NCBI GenBank assembly: GCA_051362555.1
Contig: CM120643.1
Coordinates: forward strand, 4,960,001-5,024,000
DNA length: 64,000 nt
Source of the DNA: Lingula anatina
Taxonomy: Eukaryota > Animalia > Brachiopoda
Direction: 5' to 3'
Below the pieces are notes generated by a model, which did no database searches, was not told where the DNA came from, and saw only the letters and a list, made by a program, of their open reading frames with translations. How positions within the stretch are numbered: position 1 is the stretch's first letter; the number at the start of each line of letters is the position of its first letter. The translations under genes and the position numbers were made by a program. This document shows, one piece after another, positions 48,786-61,900 of this stretch.

Positions 48786-51700
48786 CCCAGATAGCATGTC
48801 GCCGGTGGGCCGACGTTGGGCCGCCGACTGCAACTACGTCGGCCCACCAGCTACTGTCGCTGGTGGGCCTACGTTGGCCTGACCATCGGTCCAACGTTGG
48901 CCCACCAGCGACATACAACTTGAGCGGCCCAACGTCGGCCCACCAGCGACAAGTAGCTGGTGGGCCGACGTAGGTCCACCGCTTTTATCTATTTTTTATT
49001 TTCTTTATTATTCATTAATTCATTGATTTATTAATTTTTTGATAATTATATTATCATTATTTTTGTCATATATAATGGACAAAACACAATGTAAATTTCA
49101 AGAGTGTTTATTCTTCTGTAATATTTCTTCCTTACAATACAACAACGTGGCAAGTTATAATTGACCTTCAGATAAATATTTAAAAAAAACATAAATTCTA
49201 TTTCTTAAGTATAGAAAAATAGGTAATCTTCCACTATGTGATATGGCCTCACCCCCTCCCCAAGCCATACCAGTTACAACTATCTTTTCTTGCAGTGAGT
49301 AACACTTTTAAAGTAACAAAAAAAAATCATCTTACAAATCTTCAAACAACAGCATATATAAAATACTTAAGTTAACTCCATTCAACACTGTCAGTGTTAC
49401 TGTAACATCAATAATTCACCTCACAAACTTTCTAACAACAACATCATATAAAATACTTAGTTAACTATTCAAAAACTGTTTCTAGTACTGTATCTGGTAA
49501 AATATTCATTTAAATGAAACATGCTTGTCCAGTATAATGCTTATATAGCCAAACAAGTTTAACTGTCATAAAACATATGCATATATACCGGTACGTCCAT
49601 TAAGCAGTACAGGGAAATAAATTTTCTTATATTTCCAAAGCCATACCAGTCTAATGCAGTCTTTTCTTGCAGTAAATAACACTATGTTGGAAAAATATTG
49701 TTCATATCACAAAGTGTACAAACAACAACATCAGTCTGAATCCGAGGATTATGATACAATTGTCTCTTGGAAAGCCTGGACTCTGTCTTTTTCTGAAAAA
49801 AAAAAAAAAACACATTGAAGTGATTGCAAGTGATTGTCCATCATATCCCTATTAAATTGAAGTGTTAACATGTAAATTCAACATAAGTAAAAGGATTGGC
49901 ATGGAGATCGACATCACCAGAATGAGAATAAACTGATCTATTTAAGAAACCAACTGATACAGGTAGTGCAAACATGGAAAATAATCTTATTTTTGTATTA
50001 AAACAGTAATTAAAACAGTATTTTTAATATGTGTAAAAAGAGACAAAAGAAAATAAATATGATTAAATACAAGGATGTAATACATACCAATCTTCTTCAA
50101 CAATCTTCGCTGCCTTCATCCCTCCCTTTCACTGGCATTCTTCAACCACACGTCTTCATGATCCTTTCTGCGTCACTTTCCATTATACCATTTTTTGGGC
50201 AGCATCTGTTAAAGTTAAAACATTATTAAATATATTTCAGTGTCATTACAATCAAATTAAGGTGTGAGAGGTGACAGAGTGGGAAAATATTACATCATGA
50301 AAATTATTTTGACTCACCAGCAGACAAATAAATTTGACCTGTCCACAAACCATTTTTTTTTTATTATTCATACCCCAGAAAGTGGGGAGGGGGTACTGTT
50401 AAATTAATTTTATTAAAATATTCAATATTTATAATATTTGAATAAAGTTCAATGAAAACTAAAGAATATTCATTTTATAATACTAAACTTATATTTATGT
50501 TAACAATTTAACTTCTTAAGGGGCTATGATGTGTTTGATTTTTTAAAAATATGAATTAAATGAAATCAGTATAAAAAAAGTTCCCCTCTTTTTATTTAAA
50601 TTCTCATATTTGGTATTACTAATTTCTTCCTTACATCAATATCACACTGGTATATTTGTTAATTTATCATATTCCAACACTAAATTTTAAACTGTAAATA
50701 ACAGAGGTGATATATATGCTAGAGTCATTAAAGAAAACATCATGCAAAATTTCAGGTTATATCTTGGCAAATAAACAACATTTCAACAAGAACTTCAGTC
50801 CCAAAAGATTTCACTTTCTATAGTGAGTAGATAGCATACAACGTATTTGATTGATAGGCAGTATGTTGCCTGGACAACGAACTAGATATAGCCAGTTCAT
50901 CTAGTCCAATCTGGCTTTGTAACCATGCAGCACAGTACGTGTGTGGTTTCTGTTTTTGGAAGGGTCTTTATTACTAGAGCACGTAGATTTTTAACTTAAT
51001 AAAAATTCAGTAGTGAACCTGATATGTGAATAAATTTTGTCTGATGAAGTTCTGGAGGGTGTTCACTTTCATGATTTGGCGGTAAGTTTGCTCAGACTTC
51101 GTTTTGCGACTGCATGTGTTTTGTGCCAAAAGTAGGTCATTCTTTTCAATGCCGTCTAGGAAGTGACAAAAAGAAGTCAGTATGCAACAGATAATGATTT
51201 TTTAAGATGTTTGCTCCACATTACTAAAAAAAACAGGACATGTTCGTCGGACAGCCAACCCTGCAACTTCACCTGTCCGAACTGAATATTTACCTGTCCC
51301 GTACGGCGGACAGCCGCTGATGTCGATTCGACACAAAAGCACAATCCCTGCAGAACATACCCTTTAATAAAAATATACTATGTATACAATTTAATCGCAC
51401 AGTATGCCTACAAGTATTTACATTGTATTAAAGTAGACCTACCTTCTTACAAAAAGCACAGCATTACCATAGAAGTACTTCTATGAGCATACATCCAACT
51501 CGGTGGGAGAGCCTGAAAGACAACGCAGTCGTCTCGCGACGTCGCCGCATGCTTTTGTAACGTGCATCCGTCGCGTGTTGGACGTCATGTGATATTTAGA
51601 AGCCAATAAAAAATGCACATTCCGTAACAGGTTAAAAGGACCTTAGAATCGTTTGCGTCGCTCTGGGGGTAACGCAATAAGCAGCCACGTACACAAATTT

Positions 51701-51924
51701 GGCGTGTATTTAAAATTTGACCGTATAACAACTACGTCGCTGGTGGCCCGACGGTGGGCCACCGGTGGCTATCGACGAAAAGTAGCGCTCTTTCCGTCGT
51801 CGGCCCGCCAACTACACGTCGCTAATGTATAGACAGCGGGCCAACAGCGGCCAGCTAGCGACGTATCGTCGTTATATGCGTAGCTCGAAATCGACGTCGG
51901 GCCGACGACGTCATGCTATCTGGG
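48786..51924. mobile_element. Non-autonomous CACTA/EnSpm(CMC)-like element (3139 bp) with a TA TSD
   Basis: TIR CCCAGATAGCATG / CATGCTATCTGGG with TA on both sides. Dense GC-rich subterminal repeats (GGGCCGACG, GGCCCACC) at both ends and minus-strand exon remnants inside. Confidence 0.82.
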
Positions 51925-52029
51925 TAGCTTCTTGCCGACGGCTTTTTTTTTAGCTTTATTGATTTTTTTAAAAGTATTTGGAGATAAAAAACACAAAAGC
52001 TGTATGGTTTCAAATCGAGGCCCCACATA

Positions 52030-52561
52030 TTGCTCGTGTGCTGACCGGAAGACGAGCGACACTAGCGGGAATTATGAAACAAAGAGAGGGACAAAGAGAG
52101 ACGGTTGAGTCGCAGGAGAGAGACAGAAATCCGTCGATATCTGAACTGTAGTCTTATACAATAGTGGGATTTCTACGACATCAGAGGTAAGAGATATTAT
52201 ATTTATTTAGCTAGATTAAAGAGTTCATTTATTCTGTAATTCGACTTTTGTAAGATGAATCTGGCGGATAATAATCTCTTTTTTATTGAATAAGCCGGAA
52301 ACAAAGACTTTTTTTATTCTCCATATATTTTCATATAATAATGCCACCTTTCACCTTTTAATTGTTTCATTAGAGAAAAGCACCTTGTATAGTGGCAGCA
52401 TATATGCCATATTGATAATTACCTGTAAAGGGTTTATGTATTTATTTGCTTATTTATTAATTTTATTATAATTTGTTTTTTATACTTGAAGTCACAATTA
52501 AGTAGTTAAAATTATTACAATCATTTAACACAATTCATCACAAATACCGGATAACACACAT

Positions 52562-52598
<37 letters not shown>

Positions 52599-53369
52599 AA
52601 ACAAATAAATAAATAAATAAATAAATAAAAATATATTTTATACTGATAAGAAACAGCTAAGAAAGAATTTATTTATGTAACTTATCTAGAAGATAAGGCA
52701 AATGATCTTGTAATAAATTTAACAAGTTTATATTACCTAAAGTTGCCTATAGAGTGCACTTCGCACTGCATATTTTTTTAATCTACTTATCAGAATCATG
52801 TCATTGTGAGCACTCCTGGTACTGAACTGCCAACATTTACCAAAGCAATGGCATCACATGTAAACCACTGCATTAAGTGTTGCCATATATGAATTTTGTA
52901 TCATCATAGGATAAATTTTCCAAACTGATAACTGCTGAGTAAAATCTAAGCTCTAATAAACAGGTATATTAGATCTTGGGTAAAATAAAGCATTGCCAAA
53001 AAATTATTTTCAAAAGAGGTACCAAAACAATCACTTTAAATTGAAAACACAACTTTGAAAGATGTTACTATGACAAAAGGATAATTTTGAGGATTTATGA
53101 TTTAATTTTTTTGTTGTGCTACTGGTTATTTGCATGACATGAGGTGTACCTATTTTAAAAGACATTTTATTTTGGTGTGAAACATTGTCTAGAAGAAAGA
53201 GAAATCCTAAATTAAACATACAAATGAAAATTTACCATTTTACAATTTCTGCATTATTAGGCTGCCCAGGGATTTGTGGATGATGGACAGCAATCTCACC
53301 TCAGGCACATCAACACTTCTAAAATTCTCCACTGACCATACTGGTACAAGTAAAGCACAGACATAGAAA
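52030..53369 (+). other. Candidate spliced transcript 5' exons (ending at 52186; and 53261-53369), no recognisable product
   Basis: A CpG-richer patch ends in GAG|GTAAGA. The second block is bounded by ATTAG| and |GTAAGT. Confidence 0.35.
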
Positions 53370-54599
53370 GTAAGTACTGCACAGCATTATTAATATTAGC
53401 AAGAAAATTTATACTTTGGCACTCCCATATTAAAGTTTTATTAATATTTTTATATGTGCTATCACATGAACAATGTAGGTGTAGTTAACTACAAGTTTAT
53501 ACAGCAAATCGAGCCCAGTCATCGAATGCAAGAGCACTTGAATGTTTTTCTTTCCAATTCAGTACCAGTACATATTTTAATATGCATTTTAAGGAGTGCC
53601 AAGGCATACATTTTTGTGCCAATATATATATATTAGTTAATTGTTGATCAGCTTTAGATTCTTTGTGTAACACAACTTGGCCAGAGCTTTGTAAACTAAG
53701 CTTTTAGACAAAACTGACTTCATATTTTTTGTTACAGAATTGTGCCACAGTTTCACATAAAATATAATATTGACTTATCTAAACTCTAAGGCACTCAAAA
53801 CTTACTGGCTAACTATGTGTGTTTTGCAAAGAAACTAACATATTTGTTTTGAATGCTATTGATTGCAATGTACACTCACATGTTTGAAGAACTCTCTAAA
53901 ATGACACGTGGGAAATTTTGCTGGATATGATGGCCCATCATTGTATTGTATTGTATATTGGCATCTTTCAAAAGTAAATGGTTGTTTATTGACAGTGAAG
54001 TTAATAAAAACAAGGTTTTTAACAATACCTTAATAGATCCATACGATTTGTATTATAAATCAAATCAAAGCATGAAAGATGTTGGCTAGTTGAATTGAAC
54101 AGGAATTTAGAGTTCCTGGGGGTGGGGCTGCTCCTAGGGGTGGTTGATTTCAAGTTTTTGCATTGTAATATACTATCTTTTCTTAGACTATAAAAATTAC
54201 AGAATTGGAATTTTGGAAATTGATCAACCTTTTATCAGAATAAGGCATAAGCCTTTTTGAATTTTGGCATATCTGGGATTGAGGTTGCCCCTGGGGGCGC
54301 ATGATTAAATTTTCACATGATAATCCATGCTAGACTCAGCTCTCCTTGTACATTTCAACTTCTGACACTCAGTCTCTCTAAAACAAATTAATTTCTTCCC
54401 ATAAGTTTTTTTTTTAAAGGCAAAATTATGTTCTAGAACAAACCTTTTTTTTTTTTTTGCCCCATCCATTGTCAGTAAGCTGTCATTTACAACTGAAAGA
54501 AAATGTGAGCTGTCATATCTTGCAAATTGTTTCACCTTTTTTCTTGAAGTGATGGGTTTAGACTGCAACTGACAACATACGATTAAAAAATTGACAATA

Positions 54600-57500
54600 A
54601 TGTCATCACTCAGTATAGTTGGGCTGTCCCTGGGGGTAGTTGTTTCTGAATTCTTCTCACATTGTAATTTCCTCTATCTCCTCCTAGATCATTAGACAGG
54701 AAGTTGAAACTTGGGTGATTGGAAGACATATCAGGGATATTTGGGGCTATTTCTAAATTTTAGTGCAACAAGGGGTTTCTTATTCTTATGAATCCTTATC
54801 ACATTATGATTTGTCCTATCTCCCCCTAGACCTTAAGATTATGAAGTTGAAACTTTGGTGATGGGTAAAGCTGTTGTAAGGGATGTACATAGGCATTGCA
54901 GAAATTTAGTGCAACAGGGGCCAGGCTGCCCCTGGGGGAGGGGGGGGAGGGGGGGGGGAGGGAGGGCATTAGATCCTGAACAGATCCCGAATTACTTTTT
55001 GCTGTCTCCTTGTAGACAATTGGACTTAGGTAGTTGAAACTTTGGTGATTGGTTGAACTGTCATCAGGGATGTGCATGGGCATTTTGGAATTTTAGTACA
55101 ACAAACAGGGGGTTGGGCTGTCCCCGGGGGGGGGGGAGGGGGTGAATCTAAATTCTTTTTGCTTTGTATTTTCTCTGAACTCCTCCTTATATCAGTTGAG
55201 TTGAATAGTTAAATTTTTGGTGATTGGTTTAACTTTTTGCTTTTTGCAGGGATGGGCAGTGGTGTTTCAGAATGTAATCATGTCTGGGGGTTGGACTGTC
55301 TCGGGGGTGGGGGGGGGGGAATTGATTCTAAATTTTTATCACATTATGATTTGTCCTATCTCCCCCTAGACCTTAAGATTATGAAGTTGAAACTTTGGTG
55401 ATGGGTAAAGCTGTTGTAAGGGATGTACATAGGCATTGCAGAAATTTAGTGCAACAAGGGCCAGGCTGTCCCTGGGGGGGGGGGGGGGTAGATCCGGAAT
55501 AGATCCAGAATTACTTTCCGCTGTCTCCTTGCAGGGGCATAACCAGACCTTTAAAAATTGTACGCACAGATTTTGAAAATTCCTAGGTACGATTATGTTC
55601 CGTGAAAAATACATTGAATTTATGGAGAATAATATCATGTTTGGCTCAAAAAATTGTACGCACAGTGCATCCGTGCGTATGCCTGGTTACGCCCCTGCCT
55701 TGTAGACCATTAGACTTAAGTAGTTGAAACTTTGGTGATTGGTTGAACTGTGGTCAGGGATGTGCATGGGCATTTTGGAATTTTAGTACATCAAACAGGA
55801 AGTTGGGCATACCACTGTCTCCGGGGGGGGGGGGGGGGGGGGGGGTTGAATTAAATTTTTTTTACTTTGTATCTTCTGTGAACTCCTTATATCAGTTGAG
55901 TTGAATAGTTAAATTTTTGGTGATTGGTTTAACTTTTTGCTTTTTGCAGGGATGGGCAATGGTGTTTCAGAATTTAATCATGCCTGGGGATTGGACTGTC
56001 TTGGGGGGGGGGGGGGGAGGGAATTGATTCTAAATTTTTATCACATTATGATTTGTCCTATTTCCCCCTGGACCTTAAGATTATGAAGTTGAAACTTTGG
56101 TGATGGGTTAAGCTGTTGTAAGGGATGTACATAGGCATTGCAGAAATTTAGTGCAACAGGGGCCAGGCTGTCCCTGGGGGGGGGGGTAGATCCCGAATAG
56201 ATCCAGAATTACTTTCCGCTGTCTCCTTGCAGGGGCGTAACCAGACCTTTAAAAATTGTACGCACAGATTTTGAAAATTCCTAGGTACGATTATGTTCCG
56301 TGAAAAATACATTGAATTTATGGAGAATAATATCATGGTTGGCTCAAAAAATTGTACGCACAGTGCATCCGTGCGTATGCCTGGTTACGCCCCTGCCTTG
56401 TAGACCATTAGACTTAAGTAGTTGAGACTTTGGTGATTGGTTGAACTGTGGTCAGGGATGTGCATGGGCATTTTGGAATTTTAGTACATCAAACAGGAAG
56501 TTGGGCATACCACTGTCTCCGGGGGAGGGGGGGGGGTTGAATTAAATTTTTTTTTACTTTGTATTTTCTGTGAACTCCTTATATCAGTTGAGTTGAATAA
56601 ATAAATTTTTGGTGATTGGTTTAACTTTTTGCTTTTTGCAGGGATGGGCAATGGTGTTTCAGAATTTAATCATGCCTGGGGATTGGACTGTCTTGGGGGG
56701 GGGGGGGAATTGATTCTAAATTTTTATCACATTATGATTTGTCCTATCTCCCCCTAGACCTTAAGATTATGAAGTTGAAACTTTGGTGATGGGTAAAGCT
56801 GTTGTAAGGGATGTACATAGGCATTGCAGAAATTTAGTGCAACAGGGGCCAGGCTGTCCCTGGGGGGGGGGGGGGTAGATCCGGAATAGATCCAGAATTA
56901 CTTTCCGCTGTCTCCTTGCAGGGGCGTAACCAGACCTTTAAAAATTGTACGCACAGATTTTGAAAATTCCTAGGTACAATTATGTTCCGTGAAAAATACA
57001 TTGAATTTATGGAGAATAATATCATGGTTGGCTCAAAAAATTGTACGCACAGTGCATCCGTGCGTATGCCTGGTTACGCCCCTGCCTTGTAGACCATTAG
57101 ACTTAAGTAGTTGAAACTTTGGTGATTGGTTGAACTGTGGTCAGGGATGTGCATGGGCATTTTGGAATTTTAGTACATCAAACAGAAAGTTGGGCATACC
57201 ACTGTCTCCGGGGGGGGGGGGGGGGGGGGGGGTTGAATTAAATTTTTTTTACTTTGTATTTTCTGTGAACTCCTTATATCAGTTGAGTTGAATAGTTAAA
57301 TTTTTGGTGATTGGTTTAACTTTTTGCTTTTTGCAGGGATGGGCAATGGTGTTTCAGAATGTAATCATGTCTGGGGGTTGGACTGTCTCGGGGGTGGGGG
57401 GTGGGGGGGGGGGAATTGATTCTAAATTTTTATCACATTATGATTTGTCCTATCTCCCCCTAGACCTTAAGATTATGAAGTTGAAACTTTGGTGATGGGT

Positions 57501-58080
57501 AAAGCTGTTGTAAGGGATGTACATAGGCATTGCAGAAATTTAGTGCAACAGGGGCCAGGCTGTCCCTGGGGGGGGGGGGGGGTAGATCCCGAATAGATCC
57601 AGAATTACTTTCCGCTGTCTCCTTGGAGACCATTAGACTTAAGTAGTTGAAACTGGTGATTGGTTGAACTATGGTCAGGGTTTGGTTGTTTCTAAATACT
57701 TTTTGAAATATAATTTCTGCTATCTCCTCCTAGACCATTAGACATATGAAGTTGAAACTTTGGTAATTGGTAAAGCTATCTTCATGGATGTGCATGGGCA
57801 CAAAATTTTATAATGCCTGGGGATTGGGCTGTCCCTGGGGGTGGTTGATTCTGAAATGTTATTACTGCTAGACCATAAGTGTCGAAAGTTGATACTTTGG
57901 GGGGGTGCCAGACCTATCTTCAGGGAACTTTATTGCATAAATGTAGAAAGTTAATTGATACTTCAGGGATTACTAGACATATCTTCAGGGAACTTTATTG
58001 CACTTGGGCTGTCCATACAGGGTGGGTTATCCTAAGGGACCATTTCCCAAACCCTATCATACCAACTTTGGATTGAACTA
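54600..58080. repeat. ~520/690-bp tandem repeat with poly-G tracts, built from shorter diverged subunits
   Basis: ATCACATTATGATTTGTCCTAT recurs at ~54798, 55338, 56040, 56726 and 57432. Confidence 0.9.
55532..55697. mobile_element. 166-bp MITE with CAGGGGCGTAACCAG TIRs and a 5-bp TSD (CCTTG); copies at 56230-56395 and 56919-57084
   Basis: CCTTG is directly repeated on both sides. Empty sites GCTGTCTCCTTG(T/G)AGAC occur at ~55001 and ~57614. Confidence 0.85.
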
Positions 58081-58929
58081 TTTCAGAGGGGATTCTCGTT
58101 TAATTGCAATTAACTTGGATGGCTTAGATGTCTGTCACACCTGCTGATGCTGATAAGGGGTAATTAACTATTGTTTAGCAGCTTTAGTGGGTATCCCAGA
58201 TGTCTAAGCTGTTTGGGCTGAAAGCAATTTAGTGAGGGACCCCATGGAGATGGACTGATCCTGTTAGATCGATCTAGGGATGGGAACCCAGTCAAATTTC
58301 TTTTCATCTTTGATAAGTGCATGGGGAAGTGGGGGGATTCGTGATGGCTATCCATCAACACCATCTAGTTTATTTATATATTTATTTATTTATTTTTAAC
58401 AAGTATAAAACAATTTTTTACCTAATATTAACTGAGTGACTTTGTCCTTCATTTTTTCCATATAAGTTTTGCTACTTTTTTCATATTTGATCTACATGTG
58501 AGTGTCCATGATGGTTACTGCACTAGGGGCAGTAATTAAGTGCCTTAATATTTTGAGAAGACATTGCGAAGACTTGTTTAGTTAACAAATACCTGCTTCT
58601 TTTACACTTGTTTAGATGTGTGACGATTCTAACTTGACTCAACAATTCTCTGCCGAACAAGATCAGAAAAAAGAGTTTTATCTAAAATAGGGGTAATACT
58701 TCAGAAAATGTCTTCTTATTTATTATAATCACATATATTCAAAGTATATTGAATTCATCACTACCTGAGATCATTTTTAATATTGATTTTTGTATTTTAT
58801 ATTGAATTGATATTTTATTGTACCACCAGTACGAGTACTGGGGGTACCACAGTGTTGTCTTTAAACTGCCATGATCATGTTGACATTACAGACAGACAGA
58901 TTGAATTACTATAGGTGGACAGATTCGAA

Positions 58930-61900
58930 AAATTTTTAAGTACTTTAAAGGGGACTTGAGCTTATCTTGACTGCTTCGACTTTCTGATTGAGGTAGTTCA
59001 GCTGGACCAGTTTAGATCACCAATTGCGATAGCTGCCACAAATTTGAGAATTTCAAAAGTACTTTTAAAGGGACTAGAGCCAATTTTGAGGGATTCGACT
59101 TTCCGATTGCGGTAGTTGAGACAGACCTTTCGGGACAATTTAGACCCACCGTTTGCGATGGAGTCCATGATTTTTAAAGTACTTTTAAAGGGACTAGAGC
59201 CAGAATAGTTGAGGGCTTCAACTATCCGATTGTGTTAGTTGAAACGGACCTTTCAGGACCCTTAAGACCCACTGATTGCGACAGTTGCGACGGAGTCCAT
59301 GGTTTTTTAAGTACTTTTAAAGGGACTAGAGCCAATTTTAAGGGCTTAGACTTTCCGATTGTGCTAGTTGAGACGGACCTTTCAGGACCCTTAAGACCCA
59401 CCGATTGCGACAGTTGCGACGTAGTCCATGATTTTTAAAGTACATTTAAAGGGACTAGAGCCATTTTTAAGGGCTTCAATTTTCTGATTGCATTAGTTCT
59501 GACGGATCTTTCGGGACCCTTAAGACCTACCGATTGCTACAGTTGCAAAGGAGTCCATGATTTTTAAAGGCTTCGACTTTCCGATTGTGGTAGTTGAGAC
59601 GGACCTTGCGGGATTTTAAGAGCCACCTATTGAGACAGTTGCGACAGAGTTCATGATTTTTAAAGTACTTTTAAAAGGACTAGAGCCATTTTTGAAGGAT
59701 TCGACTTTCCGATTGCGTTAGTTGAGACGTACCTTTCGGGACCCTGAAGACCCACCAATTGCGACAGTTGCGACGGAGTCAATGTTATTTAAAGTACTTT
59801 TAAAGGGACTAGAGCCATTTTTAAGGGCTTCGACTTTCCGATTGCCTTAGTTGAGACGGACCTTTCGGAGCCATTTTTGAGATCTTCGACATTCCGATTG
59901 TGTTAGTTGAAACAGACCTTTCGGGACCCTTAAGTCCCACCAATTTTGACAGTTGCGACAGAGTCCATGTGTTAAAGCACTTTTAAAGGGACTAAAGCCA
60001 TATATTTGAGGGCTTCGACTTTCCAATTGCCTTAGTTGAGACGGACCTTATGGGACCCTTAAGACCCACCAATTGCGACAGTTGCGATGGAATCCATGAT
60101 TTTAAAAGTAATTTTAAAGGGATTAGAGCAAATTTTGAGATCTTCGACATTCCGATTGCGTTAGTTGAGACAGACCTTTCGGGACCCTTAAGACCCACCG
60201 ATTGTGACAGTTGCGACGGAGTCCATGTTATTTAAAGTACTTTTAAAGGGACAAAAGCCATTTTTGAGGGCTTTGACTTTCCGATTGCATTAGTTGAGAC
60301 AGACCTTTCGGGACCCTTAAGACCCACCGATTGTGACAGTTGCGACGGAAGTCCATATTATTTAAAGTACTTTTAAAGGGACTAGAGCCATTTTTGAGGG
60401 CTTTGACTTTCCGATTGCGTTAGTTGAGACGTACCTTTTGGAACCATTTTGAAGGCTTCGACTTTCCGATTGCGTTAGTTGAGACGGACATTTCGGGACC
60501 CTTAAGACCCACCGATTGTGACAGTTGCGACGGAGTTCATCTTATTAAAAGTACTTTTAAAGGGACTAGAGCCATTTTTGAGGGCTTCTACTATCCGATT
60601 GCGTTAGTTGAGACGGACCTTTTGGGACCCTTAAGACCCACCGATTGTGACAGTTGCGACGGAGTCCATGTTATTTAAAGTACTTTTAAAGGGACTAAAG
60701 CAAATTTTGAGGTCTTCGACATTCCGATTGCGTTAGTTGAGACAGACCTTTCGGGACCCTTAAGACCCACCGATTGTGACAGTTGCGACGGGGTCCATGT
60801 TATTTAAAGTACTTTTAAAGGGACTAAAGCAAATTTTGAGATCTTCGACATTCCGATTGCGTTAGTTGAGACAGACCTTTCGGGACCCTTAAGACCCACC
60901 GATTGTTACGGTTGCGACGGAGTCCATGTTATTTAAAGTACTTTTAAAGGGACAAGAGCCATTTTTGAGGGCTTTGACTTTCCGATTGCGTTAGTTGAGA
61001 TGTACCTTTCGGGACCCTTAAGACCCACCGATTGTGACAGTTGCGACGGAGTCCATGTTATTTAAAGTACTTTTAAAGGGACAAGAGACATTTTTGAGGA
61101 CCTTGACTTTCCGATTGCGTTAGTTGAGACGTACCTTTCGGAACCATTTTGAGGGCTCTGATTTTCCGATTGCGTTAGTTGAGACGGACATTTCGGGACC
61201 CTTAAGACCCACCGATTGTGACAGTTGTGACGGAGGCCATGTTATTTAAAGTACTTTTAAAGGGACTAGAGCCATTTTTGAGGGCTTTGACTTTCCGATT
61301 GCGTTAGTTGAGACAGACCTTTCGGGACCCTTAAGACCCACCGATTGTGACAGTTGCGACGGAGTCCATGATTTTTAAAGTACTTTTAAAGTGACTAGAG
61401 CCATTTTTGAGGGCTACGACTTTCCCATTGTGGTAGTTGAGATGGACCTTTCGGGACTCTTAAGACCCATTGATTGCGACAGTTGCGATGGAGTCCATCA
61501 TTTTAAAAGTTCTTTTAAAGGGACTAGAGCAAATTTTGAGAGCTTCAATTTTCCGATTGTGTTAGTTGAGACGGACTTTTCGGGACCCTTATGACCCACC
61601 AATTGCGACAGTTACGATGGAATCCATGTTATTTAAAGTACTTTTAAATTGACTAGAGCCATTTTTGAGGGCTTCGACTTTCTAATTCGTTTGTTGAGAC
61701 GGACCTTTCGGGACCCTTACGACCCACCGATTGTGTCAGTTGCGATGGAGTCCATGTTATTTAAAGCACTTTTAAAGGGACTAAAGCCATTTTTGAAGGA
61801 TTCGACTTTCCGATTGCGTTAGTTGAGACGGACATTTCGGGACCCTTAAGACCCACCGATTGTGACAGTTGCGACGGAGTCCATGTTATTTAAAGTACTT

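Noticed and set aside
50300-51335. Possible hAT-type MITE ends nested in the CACTA-like element (also 32369-32460 and 44160-44253)
   Set aside because: The termini are too degraded to establish TIRs or a TSD by eye.
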